From contig CBFDEM010000056.1 in the NCBI GenBank assembly GCA_965603825.1, forward strand, positions 496,001-560,000: a stretch of DNA of 64,000 bases, written 5' to 3'. Positions 1-11,498 of this stretch are shown here, piece by piece; the stretch's first letter is position 1; each line of letters begins with the position of its first letter. The translations under genes were made by a program, and so were the position numbers. The notes under the pieces were generated by a model. That model saw nothing but the letters and a program-made list of their open reading frames with translations. It was not told the origin of the DNA and did no database searches. This stretch comes from Blepharisma stoltei ATCC 30299. Taxonomy: Eukaryota; Protista; Ciliophora.

Positions 1-410
1 CGGCTAAAAGGCATTCCATAGCTTTCTAACTCATATACTGCTTCAATAGCCTCTTTACACATATAATGGATGGCGTTCTGGTCCCCTAGCCAATCACTAC
101 CTTTAACAGTATCATAGAAATGCCATCTCCAGTCATCTTTTGTCATATTTCCTAATGCGGCATTGATTCCTCCTTGAGCTGCAACAGTGTGAGATCTTGT
201 GGGGAATAGCTTTGAGAGACATGCTGTTTTATATCCTAGTGATGCAAGACCAAATGCTGCTCGAAGACCAGCACCTCCTGCACCAACAACAATTGCGTCA
301 TATGTATGATCGTAGACAGTGTATGTTTTTGGGGTGGGCCCTTGAGACGGTCCTAGGTCTGGAGTGACTTTCGATATCACTGTAAAAGGTCTTTTGAGAA
401 GTCTCAACAT
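1..410 (-). CDS. SDHA: Succinate dehydrogenase flavoprotein subunit, 5' part (runs off window start)
   Basis: Not in ORF track. Manual translation from ATG at 410: [10 protein letters not shown] (mitochondrial presequence-like)...[16 protein letters not shown]...[23 protein letters not shown]...[26 protein letters not shown], the FAD-binding signatures. Confidence 0.97.
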   Translation of the reverse strand, partial: MLRLLKRPFTVISKVTPDLGPSQGPTPKTYTVYDHTYDAIVVGAGGAGLRAAFGLASLGYKTACLSKLFPTRSHTVAAQGGINAALGNMTKDDWRWHFYDTVKGSDWLGDQNAIHYMCKEAIEAVYELESYGMPFS

Positions 411-606
411 ATTATTAGATTATGGCTATTACATTTCTAAAAATCCAAAGTTAAGTTTTATTGGGTTTAGAATGCATTAGCAAATTCTGGCTTGATCCAA
501 ACTTGCATTCAAAATAAAAAGTATTAGATTTTCCTATTTCATTTTTCTAAGAATATTAGAACAAAGAATTCAGAGTCAATTTAAATATAAATAATAATTA
601 AGTGAA

Positions 607-2163
607 ATGTCAAAAATTGAGCAAAGAAACAATACGTTTCTTATGTCAATTAATCAAGATGAAATTCAGAGAAAGCACAATGACTTTGCTGTAAAGATGC
701 GAAGAGATAAGCGAAAATCTCATACTTCTAAAAGACGAGCTAATATTACTCAACCAGAAGAATCTAGAGCATCAAAAGAATTTAAGCTTCCTCAATATAT
801 TATTTCTCGATATCCTGCATTGGAATCTTCAGAAGCCACTTTTGAATCAAAATTGATGATTATCCATGAGATACTTGACACAGAAACATCTTATGAGACT
901 ATCTTAGAAATTATGACTATTTTAAGGACTATAATGTCGTCAGACGATTCACCATTTGATATAATTGTTAGCATGGGGTTTATCGAGTTGCTTTTAAAGT
1001 TCGTAAATCTAAGATATCATGAGCACATTATTTATGAATCTTCTTGATGCCTATGCAATCTTCTGGCAGGCACACATGAGTACGCAGAAAGATTTATCAA
1101 GGCAAAGGGGGTTGAAACTTTAATTTCAGCAATCTCTTATAAGACTGTCGAAGTTAATGAGCATATTATCTGGTCTTTTGCGAATTTAGCAGGAGATTGT
1201 GAAAAATATCGGCAAATTATGCTCAAATGAGGAATAATGGAGGTGCTCTATGACATGATTTTAGGAGCTGGATCAATTAGAGTTTCTTTACTAAGACTCG
1301 TTTCCTGGTGCTTGAACAATTTGTCTAAAAGCGTCAATTTATTTGACTCAATAATGTTGCAGACTGCAATAAGTGGCATTAAAATAATGCTCGAAGTGAA
1401 AGATGAGCAGATCACCTTCGAGTGTTTAACAGTGATTGCTCGCATTTCGACAAGCAGCAATGAAAAAATCCAGTTAATCATTGATTCTGGACTCATACCT
1501 TACGTTTTAGCTGGGCTCGAAGAGAAGAATCAAAATATTTTAGGAGTCAGCATTAAATTATTAGGAATGATTTGCTCAGGAACCTCATCACAAACTCAAT
1601 TCTTACTAAACCAAAGCATACTGGACAAGCTTTCTGTTGTAACAGACTATGATGATCATAATATCCTCAAAGATTTTTGTTGAACTTTAAGCAATATTGC
1701 AGCAGGGACTCAAGCTCAATGCGAGACTCTTGTAAACCACAAAATTATTCAATTTGCCTTACAATCATTAATCAATCCGAATCTCGAGGTAAAAAGAGAA
1801 GCAAGTGTAGTTTTTCTAAATATCGTCAAAACAGGAACCAGCAATATAAAGCTCAAGCTTGTAAGCTTTGATATTTTTTCCATTATGGCTATTGGCTTTG
1901 AAGCCCTTGATCTTTTATATCTCACAAATTTGCTTTTAATTAGCGAGCATTTGCTGAGATGTGGAGAAAGTTCTGAAGGAATCAATCCAGTATCCGCTTT
2001 ATTTGAAGAGTCAGGGTGCTTTGATAAGCTAATTAAGCTAGAACACCACAATAATACAATTATTTCTGAAGGATGCTCAGGAATATTGCATTTCTTCTTT
2101 GGGATGGAAGAAGATGACTTGCCTGTAGATTCAGTGGTCAATGATTCCTATGAGTTCACATAA
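607..2163 (+). CDS. Importin alpha-like (IBB + ARM repeats), about 518 aa with TGA=Trp
   Basis: ORFs 607, 1237 and 1885 share one frame, joined by TGA at 1045, 1228 and 1681. IBB-like MRRDKRK...SKRR; ARM motifs SS[W]CLCNL, IWSFANLAGD, SWCLNNL, FC[W]TLSNIAAG. Confidence 0.9.
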
Positions 2164-2260
2164 AGTGTAATAAATGTGCTACATACTTTAAATAATTTAT
2201 TCCGATGTTTAAAAATTAGTTAAAGACCGTTTAATTTAGAATATTTTAGTATGATGATAA

Positions 2261-3160
2261 TTAGAACCTTGGATTAATAGGTAGTTTAAAGTAGGAAATT
2301 CCATTGCTTTCTGGGGCAGGAAAGCGACCCGCTCTTAAATTAACCTGGAGTGATTGCATTATAAGCCTAGGCAAAGCCAGAGTTCTGTCTCTTCCAGTTC
2401 TCCATTCTACAAATTTTTCTTTAGCTGTTTGAGAATTCAAGTGCAAGTTATCGTTCTTTTCAAGTCCTATTGATGATTCCCAAGCCACTTCTCTTGAATC
2501 AGTACCATAATCATGCCCAACAAAGACTCTATAGTTATCAGGCAACATATATATTTTTTTGACAGACTCATATAAAGTTTCAGCTGATCCTCCTGGGAAA
2601 TCACATCTTGCAGTTCCGAAATCGTGCATGAAAATTGTGTCTCCAGTGAAAACAGCATCTCCAACAATATAAGTCATGCATGCTGGAGTGTGTCCAGGCG
2701 TATGTATAGCTCTAACGCGCAATTCTCCGACCTGAACTTCTTCATTATCTGCAAATAAATGGTCGAATTGAGATCCATCTTTTTTTAGGTCCCTTAAATT
2801 CAGCATTCTTGATAATACTTCTTGAACAACAGTTACATTAAATCCAATACAAATTTGAACATCAGGGAATTGTTCCTTTAAAATCAATGAGCCAGTTAAA
2901 TGATCAGCATGCACATGGGTATCAATTATATAAACTGGTTCAAGATTGTTATCTTTAATGAACTTTATTACAGTGTCTGAATGCTCTGTAGAAGTTCTGT
3001 GGCCTATAGGATCATAGTCCATTACAGGATCAAGCACTATACATTTTTTAGTATTTGGACATGCAGCCACGTAGCATATAGTGTTGGTTGCTTCATGAAA
3101 AAAAGAAGTGACTTCTGGCCTGACAAGTGCACCAGAATTATGATCTTGACCTTCAGACAT
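2261..3160 (-). CDS. Metallo-beta-lactamase-fold persulfide dioxygenase, bacterial Blh/SdoA-like rather than animal ETHE1-like
   Basis: THVHADH, HTPGHTPAC, GDTIFMHDFGTARCDFPGGSAETLY, VGHDY, RTGRDRTLALPRLIMQSLQVNLRAG. Confidence 0.88.
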   Translation of the reverse strand: MSEGQDHNSGALVRPEVTSFFHEATNTICYVAACPNTKKCIVLDPVMDYDPIGHRTSTEHSDTVIKFIKDNNLEPVYIIDTHVHADHLTGSLILKEQFPDVQICIGFNVTVVQEVLSRMLNLRDLKKDGSQFDHLFADNEEVQVGELRVRAIHTPGHTPACMTYIVGDAVFTGDTIFMHDFGTARCDFPGGSAETLYESVKKIYMLPDNYRVFVGHDYGTDSREVAWESSIGLEKNDNLHLNSQTAKEKFVEWRTGRDRTLALPRLIMQSLQVNLRAGRFPAPESNGISYFKLPINPRF

Positions 3161-3715
3161 TTATTGGTTTATTTAGGAATTATTTATACAGCAATCTATG
3201 GAACTGGATAAAATGGCGAGAGATCTATCCACACAAAACTTAGTTTTTCGGTCTAATTATTATAATTATTAGTCTAATAAATTTTATGAAATATTTTCTT
3301 GATTTAAGTTCGGATTTCGATTGGTAAAAAAAAAATACGTAAAATATATCGGCTTAATCAAGTAAAAGCTGGTGGAAAACTTTTCTACTGTTTTAACCAA
3401 AAAAAAGCATAATTGAAATGCTTTAAGATAAGATCATTTTGATACTTTATCAAAGCTTCAGAAATTTTGATATTATATTCTTTTCAAAAATAATAAATTC
3501 ATCTAGAGTTTGTATGTAACGTAAACCTTAAATATTCTTCATTATATTCAGGAATTAACTAATTCGGAAAGTATCGAAATAAGCATTGTCTATATATATT
3601 AGCTCAATGATTTTATTAGTTGTATTTAAGATAAAATATCACTCTAGAAAAAATAATTAATCCATATAAAACAAGGCGACATCTTAATTGAATTAATCCC
3701 TACTTAACTACGATT

Positions 3716-4420
3716 TTATTCTAATGGCAATCTTTGCTGTATATAGACAGTTGCTTCACCCCAGCTCATTACTTTTCTAATGCTTTCAAAAATCCTCCAC
3801 TTTGGAGAGTTGAAGTTTTTGGTCAATGTCAAAGCCCAAGTCCCAGGTGCGACAGGAGCATCTGCAATATTTCCCATCATTTGGAGATCAAAGCACGTTG
3901 AATTTGCAAAAATCACAGTTGCATCTGACCAGCCTTGAACAAACATATCATTTTTATAAAACTCAACCTCAGGCTTATTACTGAATAAATCAGGGCTATT
4001 CTTGACTTCTTCTGGAAACACGTTGTCATACTCTTGCTTTTGCTGGACTGAAACATTATATAGTCCTTCAAGTATTTCAATTCCGACACACCTGTTAAAA
4101 TTATGAAGCATTGCTCCAGCAATAACACCTTTCCCAGTCCCAGATCCAAGGTCATAGAAAACTCCACCGGACGGTATTGTCCCATATCTTGCTTTTATTG
4201 TTTCAAAAATTTCCCCAATTGAGATAAATTCGACTTCTCCATAAGTTAAGGTGCTGCTGGAGTTGTGCATTTCTTCTCTTTCTTTTTTACTGACATCTTT
4301 TCCTAGAGATACTGGGAAGTTCCCTGTTATTCGCTGGAATATTCTATATTTCCTATCTAGCACTTCTCGAACTTCTGGAGGAAGGAGATAAGCATCATCA
4401 ATTCTATAGCTAGTGTCCAT
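3716..4420 (-). CDS. Stand-alone DOT1-like class I SAM-dependent methyltransferase
   Basis: LTYGE, FYDLGSGTGK, GIEI, IFANSTCF motifs. Start placed at MDTSYR (4420) rather than the ORF-track 4492. Confidence 0.75.
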   Translation of the reverse strand: MDTSYRIDDAYLLPPEVREVLDRKYRIFQRITGNFPVSLGKDVSKKEREEMHNSSSTLTYGEVEFISIGEIFETIKARYGTIPSGGVFYDLGSGTGKGVIAGAMLHNFNRCVGIEILEGLYNVSVQQKQEYDNVFPEEVKNSPDLFSNKPEVEFYKNDMFVQGWSDATVIFANSTCFDLQMMGNIADAPVAPGTWALTLTKNFNSPKWRIFESIRKVMSWGEATVYIQQRLPLE

Positions 4421-4779
4421 TTCCTTGGATTTATAAATATGTCTTAGTAGGCATTTATTTAGTGTGTGAAAGTATTTGCATACCAAATTCATAGTTAGTA
4501 TTTTTACTTATAAGAAACTAAGCTAAGAACGCTAAAATCCATATGAGAGGTGTTGAAAAATGGTCATCAGAGATGATAATATACGCAGTTCCAGTTATTA
4601 GACTATAAAGCAGTGAAATAAACCAAATGCGAAGTAATTGTCAATATTTTAAACAAATAATTAACTTATATAGTGGTTCTTGAAGATGTTAGACTTATGA
4701 TAAAGATAGTTAAGCTGCTTTTCATATAATTTAGAATGATTAAATATATATTTACTTATTATTTATTTTTGTAAACCAT

Positions 4780-5421
4780 TTAAAATGCTTTTCGTGTTAC
4801 CATCAGTGAGTAAATCATCAATGAAAATTGCAAAATAATGATAACAATTGCAAGAATCATTCCTCCAGCCATTCCATATTCATGAGGATTAATATTCCCT
4901 ATCTTATGAACCTCTTCTAATTCTGGTATTTCAGCAACCCCATAAAATATAATAAACGCTAAAAAATACTGAAGTGTTGGCATTATAAAAAACAGTGTAG
5001 CTATTTCAAATCTAAAACTTGGATGCCTCATTCGTCATATAACAAGTCCCATAGCAATAAGATTAAATAGAATTGCTGCTATTCCAAATGCAAGCATTGT
5101 TCCTCCAGCGCCTATAAAATTATCTATATGTTCGCAAAATCCTGGACAGCTTGATTCAACATATAATTTATAAGAGCCGCAAGCATCATCTTTTACATCA
5201 GATATTGAGCTTGCACCGTCTCATAATTTTCGCCCAGTCCAGCTGCTTGCATAAACTAATCCAAAATTTCAGAGACAATAAGTAAATCATTCATGAAGTG
5301 CCAAATCTATGATAATTAATGTGATCATTACTAATGAAGCAGCTAAATATGCATAATGGTATGTATGCCTTATGATCTTTCTTTCTTCTCTTTCTCCTTC
5401 AAAGTTTTCGTAGATATCCAT
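4780..5421 (-). CDS. Claudin/amastin-like 4-TM membrane protein, about 213 aa
   Basis: Open from ATG 5421 with TGA=Trp: TM1, then E[W]FTYCL[W]NFGL, a Cys-containing loop (DACGSY...SSCPGFC) and three more hydrophobic helices. Confidence 0.65.
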
Positions 5422-5477
5422 AATAATTCTCTTATTCTAATAATCCAAATTATCAAGATTAATAACTTTTGGTAAGA

Positions 5478-6089
5478 TTAACAACTACAAGACCTATCGT
5501 GAACTGCTGAAAGCCTCCCTGGCCCTGGCTGAATTCCTTGCACATGATCAAGTTGCTTGTTATCAAGCTTTGTCAGCACTGATTTTGCAAGTTTCATAAA
5601 AGCTTCTTCAACATTTTCACCTGTAGCAGCACTCGTTTCTATAAGCGGAACTTCCTGTTCTTGACAAAAGCAAGACGCATCTACAACACTTACAGCCCTG
5701 GAGCTTTTTAAATCGCATTTATTTCCAACAACAATAAGTGAAATATTGGGTCTTGATAATGTTCGAACGTCATTGATCCAAGAAGGAAGCTTCTGAAAGC
5801 TTTCTGAGTTTGTGATATCGTAAACAACAAGTGCAGCAGCTGCGCCTCTGTAATAGCTTTTCGTTACGCTTCGGAACCTTTCTTGGCCTGCTGTGTCCCA
5901 TATTTGCAGCTTAATTTGTTTATCACCTATTGACAATCTTTTGCAACCAAACTCTACACCGACTGTGTGATTCGGATTCCTTTTGAAACGATTCTCGATC
6001 AAATAATGAAGCAAACAAGACTTGCCAGTGCCGCTTTCACCAATAATAATTACTTTGAACATATAATCATAGTCTCGTTCTCCATCCAT
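5478..6089 (-). CDS. RAB4: Rab GTPase, Rab4-like
   Basis: GESGTGKSCLL, HTVGVEFG, WDTAGQERFRSVTKSYYRGAA, GNKCD, ETSA, C-terminal CSC prenylation motif. Confidence 0.88.
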   Translation of the reverse strand: MDGERDYDYMFKVIIIGESGTGKSCLLHYLIENRFKRNPNHTVGVEFGCKRLSIGDKQIKLQIWDTAGQERFRSVTKSYYRGAAAALVVYDITNSESFQKLPSWINDVRTLSRPNISLIVVGNKCDLKSSRAVSVVDASCFCQEQEVPLIETSAATGENVEEAFMKLAKSVLTKLDNKQLDHVQGIQPGPGRLSAVHDRSCSC

Positions 6090-6290
6090 ATTGTTATAAA
6101 CTTTAAATTTGGTAAGTTTTTAAACTCAACGTGTGTTTTTTAGAATTATATATTTTCACATACTTATTTATTTTAATTTTAACTCTCTGCTTTTTCTGTT
6201 AATATAGGTACTAGTGCCTAACTTTATTGTATGTCACTACGAAATGGCACATTACTTCAGTCTAAATGAAAGTATATATCTTAAGTTAAA

Positions 6291-7163
6291 TTAAGCTGCT
6301 ACTTCTCCTGTTTGAGGGGCTTCAGCTGGCTTCTCAATCTCTTCAGCTTTTTTCTTTTTCTTTTCTTCATCAGAAGAGCTGCTTGACGACGATGATGAAG
6401 AGCTTTTTTCTTTTTTCTCTTTTTTCTCTTTTTTCTCTTTCTTCTCAGTTTCATTCTTTGTTTCTTCATGAGCTTTGCTGCTCTTAAATTCAAGTGGCTT
6501 TAGTCTCCAAATGAACACTCTCAAACCATTAGGAGTTAAAAAGTTTTTGTTTGCATCATCTGCGAAGTTTTTTAAAAAAGAGGCCAAAGTAACTGTCGTT
6601 TCTTCAGATTTAGTTTCTTCACCAATGAACTTTTTGGAGATGATGGCTTTAGCTTTATCAATATGCTGATTAAGCTGGCTCACATAATTTCTAATTTCTT
6701 CTTCACTGATTTGTGGATTAGTTACTATTAAGGTCGGAAGCTTTTCAACAGCAATGTCAACCATTAAATCAACTAATTCGTGTATATCGGCTTTTAGAAG
6801 GTTTTTAGAGTTTCTAACGTCTTGAGCCTCAAATAATAGTCGTGCTTTCTCTTCAGAAGACCCTTCTCCAAGTAAAACTCCAAGAACTAACATAGGTTTT
6901 AAAGGTAGCCTTCCTTCTCTGCCTTTAAATGAGGAATAAAAGTCCACAGCCTTGGGGTTTTGAGCAGTATTTTCTACCTTCAGGTTCAAGTGATTCACTA
7001 TATCTCTCCATTGTTCAGGATTGATTTCGCCATTGAATGAGTACTTGCGAATATAAAAGTCAATGGCTTTGCAAGTGTTCAAGTGATATTGAAGTTCTTC
7101 CTCCATTTCCACAATAGCGCTTTCTTCTTTGCTTAGCCCAGCTCTACTATCAGTGCAGCCCAT
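6291..7163 (-). CDS. N-acylated protein with degenerate EF-hand-like segment and Lys/Glu/Ser-rich tail
   Basis: MGCTDS myristoyl/palmitoyl motif; EEKARLLFEAQDVRNSKNLLKADI EF-like segment; KEK repeats plus a poly-Ser run. Confidence 0.6.
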   Translation of the reverse strand: MGCTDSRAGLSKEESAIVEMEEELQYHLNTCKAIDFYIRKYSFNGEINPEQWRDIVNHLNLKVENTAQNPKAVDFYSSFKGREGRLPLKPMLVLGVLLGEGSSEEKARLLFEAQDVRNSKNLLKADIHELVDLMVDIAVEKLPTLIVTNPQISEEEIRNYVSQLNQHIDKAKAIISKKFIGEETKSEETTVTLASFLKNFADDANKNFLTPNGLRVFIWRLKPLEFKSSKAHEETKNETEKKEKKEKKEKKEKSSSSSSSSSSSDEEKKKKKAEEIEKPAEAPQTGEVAA

Positions 7164-7841
7164 TTTTAATTATTATATGTGCGTCATGAAAAAACCGAAT
7201 TTCTGAAATATTAAAAAAAATAATCGTCAAAAAGGTTTATTGAAACTATAAGAATTTGTATATTATAAATCTTAGAGAGAAATGAAATTTTATAAAATGG
7301 TCAGGCATGGTGTTTTTTCTCCATGATATCCGTTTAAACGATAATCAAACATATTATTTGATTAATATGGGATTAAGCCTGCTTAACGTTCAAAATGATG
7401 AAATAGATAATGACTATTTTTATAAATAAATTGATTGATTTTTTGAGATAAAGTTTAATTTTACTGAATTTATATTTGAAATAGTCATTTTCAAATATTT
7501 CTAGTTAATTTATTTACAAATAATTAAGAGCAAATATTATATAGTTAGGATAAATATTCCATATATAAATCAATTTCTTCTAGTGTTATTTAGTCTAGAA
7601 AAGCCAAATTTTTTGATATTTATTCATATTAAATGCCTCCTAATAATTATGTGCTATATTTCTGAATTGAAGGTAAAATTATTCTTTAGTTAAAAGTCTT
7701 CAATTCACTAATTCATCAAGAAATTCATATCTATGCTTATATAACTAATATGTTTATAAATAAAATTGAAAGCTGCTTAACTACTAATTAATAACGTTCG
7801 CATATGCTAAAATAATAAGTTTAAAATTAATCGAGCCATTT

Positions 7842-10490
7842 TTAAAAGTCACTATCTTTATCTGTCAAGATAGATTTCTTAAAGGAAGGGAATTCTGATT
7901 TATTTCCAGTTGTAGGAGTTTCATTTGTAGTATTCCTTGCCCTAGAAAAAGGGTCTTGGTAAGAGTTCGTAGAAGATGATGAAAAGTTATCTTGCCTAAC
8001 GTTCCTTTTTGAAGGATCTTCATAGGTCGGAGATTTTGCGTGATGGAGATCACTTTGGTACTTTTGTGATGAATCAGCGAGAGCATGGTGCGTTTTTGGC
8101 TTACTGTCATCCTCCTTTTCGAAATCATCATCATACTCATCATGTGCAGCTTTAGTTAATTTATCAAAATTTGATTTCTCTTCTTGTTTTGGAGTACTTT
8201 TGCTATAGGGTTCATATGTAGGCACACTGAGAGAACTTTTTTCTTCAAGTATGGAAACTGGCTTCTTTATATTTTTATCTTGATAATCTTGCCCTGTGGT
8301 AGGTCTCAAAGGATTTTTATCTTGTGTGTCATATTTTGAAGTAAGATTATGACCATATCCTTGATCGCCAACTGTTGGTCCAGCCTTATAGTTATCAGTT
8401 CTAATGACATTATTTGTTTGGCTTCCTTCTATGCCAGCAACTCTTGTGAGTACTTCTTTCAATTTTTCATCGTTTGTATAATCTAAAGCAGACTTCCCCG
8501 ATCTATCCTGCTCTTCAGTTCTTGCTCCTAAATCTAATAAAAATTTAATCATTAAAATTTGCTTTCTCTTAAAATCCTCAATCTCTTTTGAGCTTTTATT
8601 TTTTTGCAAAGCCAACTTTCCGACATCTTTTATTTGCCTATTTTCCTTTTCTTTTTTTAGCCTGAATTTCTCAAAAGCTTTGACAGCGAAAATAAGCGGA
8701 GTGCCATAGTCATGAGCTGATGGCTTAAAAGGGTCATCACCTCTTCTGAGCAATCTTCTTGCCATATCAAGATCTCCAGTTGCAGCAGCTGTTCACATGG
8801 TGTTAAAAGCGTCCCTTGTCGCAACATCAGATGTTATCTCAATTGCAAGCTTATTTTGCGTATTTTTCATTTGGACTAATTTCCCATGGTCAATATCCCA
8901 TGCCACCAACTCAGAAACCACTCTGACTTGCTTATGAAAGCAAGCATAATGAAGGCAAGTTCATTTTCTTATATCCACTTCATATAAATCAGCATTATTC
9001 AGCAGCGCTTTAACGCTACTAAGAGACCCGTATTTAGCAGCAATCATCAGAGGCGTTCGCTTATTTTCATCTTTCGCGTTTATTTTTGCTCCTCTTTCTA
9101 ACAGAAGATTGATCAAAGAAGGATGATCATGCTTGGCAGCTAAATGAAGAGGGGTATAATAGTTTTGAGAAATAGCGTTGACATCATAGTTGTTGCTTAT
9201 GAGGGTTTCAGCATTTTCTAAACTTCCTTCGATGCAAGCATAATGCAAAGGTGTATACATGTTTCACTCGTGAATGTTTGGATCTGCTTGGCATTGCAGA
9301 ACAGCCTCTAGGACTGGCTTTTCTTTAGAGACTGCTTTGTGCACAGAGCTCACTAGAAATTCTGTGTTGGAGATATTAACATCATATCCTGACCTGATTA
9401 AGTGCATGAACGCATTGGTATTTCCTTGAATAGCAGTTTCCTCCAAAGATGATAAATATTTCATCACAAGCTTAGTGCTTGACAGGAATAGTGCTGTCTT
9501 CCCATCAATATCAAGCAAGCTTTTATCTGCCCCTTTCTTAATCAAGACCTTAACAATATTACAGTCACCGCTATAAGCAGCAATATGCAAAGGCGTATGC
9601 CCATTCCTATCTTGTGTGTTGATCGCTGTCTTTACAATTGCTTTAAAATCGCTTTGGAATTTATTATAGCTCTGCTGAAAAACTTGGGGTGGCAAAATTC
9701 TTTTTACTTCATCAATAACATTCATATAGCGCTTAGGGTCGATTTTCCTCTCTGGCCTCCATTCTAGCTCTTGGATTTTATCAAAAGTATCTAAAAATTT
9801 ATCATGACCTTCTATACCTTTGCTATTAATAAAGGTTTCAAGAGTCTTAGAGCACCACGAAAATTTTGAAAGTGCTGCATAATGAAGAGGGTTTCTTTGA
9901 TTAGTGTCGTATTGTGATAAGATATAACGATAAATATCACAAATCCCTGTAAAATATTCTGCAAGGTGTCTTTCGAGCTCCACGTTAAAAAAAGTTTTGC
10001 TTTCTAGAATTTTGAGATCTGCTTCATAACTGGCAGTTAGCATTGTATTGACTGTGTTTTGCAGATTCACAGTGCTCATCCCAAAAGTGTTTTTCATTCG
10101 GATCAGTGTTTCGAAAAGGGTTTTCTTGAGTTCATGCCGCTTATAGTTCAAAATAAGCAAGGCAACATTTATATTGCCTTTATATGCGATTGAATGAAAG
10201 CAGTTCTGGCCATCATTATCAACAGTGAAAGGGTTAGCTCCATAGGACAAAAGATATAAAGATAGATTTTGAAGATCCAAATATGAGCTGTAATGTAAAA
10301 GTGTGCGTCCTCCATTATCTCTTGCATTAATAAAATTGGTGATCTCTGTAGTGGTTGATTCTTCGAAAGCTTTGTGAATCAGACTTAATTTGCCTGAAGC
10401 AACAATAGGAAATGGATCTACTTGTAAAGACTCCACCCCAGAATCCTTTGGCTTAGGGAAGTTAATAACAATTTTGTCTGGAGGAATCAT
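7842..10490 (-). CDS. Ankyrin-repeat protein, about 882 aa, with disordered C-terminal tail
   Basis: ORFs 9264-10490, 8961-9260 and 7842-8765 share a frame, linked by TGA (HE[W]NMYTPLH; RK[W]TCLHYAC; TM[W]TAAATGD). Multiple TPLH motifs. Confidence 0.88.
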
Positions 10491-10627
10491 TTTTAAATTT
10501 TATTTCAAATATATTAATTGTAATTTCTTAGTTTAAGAAATTGCAAATTTTGCACCATGCTAGTTAAGTAAAATTGCTGATATGCCAGTTATTGCATTTT
10601 ATTCTGAATATAAAGAGCCTTAAAATA

Positions 10628-11428
10628 ATGTCTGATTCCAGTTTCGAAGAATCTATTCAAGAAGCAGCTTTAAACTATTTTTCTAATCAAGATGCTGCCT
10701 CAAATCTTGATGATTTATCCAGCTCCAACATTGAAAGGTATTGCTAACTTAGCGATCTTCTTCAAGATCAACTAATAAGAATTCATTCTCAATTAGTTTC
10801 ATATAAAAACCAGGAAGAATCGTTCACAAACAACATCAAAAAGCTGCAAAAAGAACTTATGCAGCTTAATCAGCAAATTTCGAATTCAATTCACGAAAGA
10901 GACGAAGCACTTAAACTGAAATCAGATGAGCTTTCGAGAATAAAGGAATCCGAACAGTACCAAAAGCTTCAAGACGAGAAAGTTGGCATAGAAAACCAAA
11001 TAGTTAGATATAAAATTGGTCAAGCAAACGTAAAAACTGAAATGGAAGAAGTAAAAGACCAAATCCTTGGAATGCAAAATTTCATCAAATTAAGAGATAA
11101 CGAAATTAAAAACCTCAACAGAGAATATGAAAAAATCAGCAGAGAAAGAGACGCGCTTCTACAAAAATTCAATGGGCAGGCATCACATGAGATAAGAAAA
11201 GCAAAAACTGATGTTTCAAGGAGGTCTGATAGCTCGCGTGATGGGTACTCAATGAAAAAAGACATCAAGCCTTTCCCAAACAGTTCTTTTAGCTTCAATA
11301 TTGGATTCAATTCTTCATCGCGTCGAGGAACAGCATCTCTTAATTCATCAGCGATAAACAGTGACGGGACTTCTAGAAACTCTAATCGGTCACTTAATTC
11401 ATCAGCTTTGGACTCTAACGTGTATTAA
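10628..11428 (+). CDS. Coiled-coil protein of unknown function (one 15-nt intron)
   Basis: ATG 10628 is in frame with ORF 10859. The in-frame TAA lies inside intron 10738-10752. Confidence 0.7.
10738..10752 (+). other. 15-nt spliceosomal intron GTATTGCTAACTTAG
   Basis: GT..AG, A at position 10, removes an in-frame TAA. Confidence 0.85.
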
Positions 11429-11498
11429 TAACTTGTTGATAGCGTTTATAAATTTACTGAGGACATTTAATTTAGCACAAATAATATTGAAGTTTAGT

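Noticed and set aside
4500-4730. Hydrophobic minus-strand fragment (LLRIWFISLLYSLITGTAYIII...) between genes
   Set aside because: No in-frame start and multiple stops; at best a decayed remnant.
7164-7841. Long AT-rich spacers (also 18468-19187, 42510-43024, 59248-59668) as possible IESs, MITEs or ncRNA loci
   Set aside because: No terminal inverted repeats, telomeric repeats, tRNA cloverleaf or snRNA motifs could be recognised by eye, and no gene is interrupted by a long insert.
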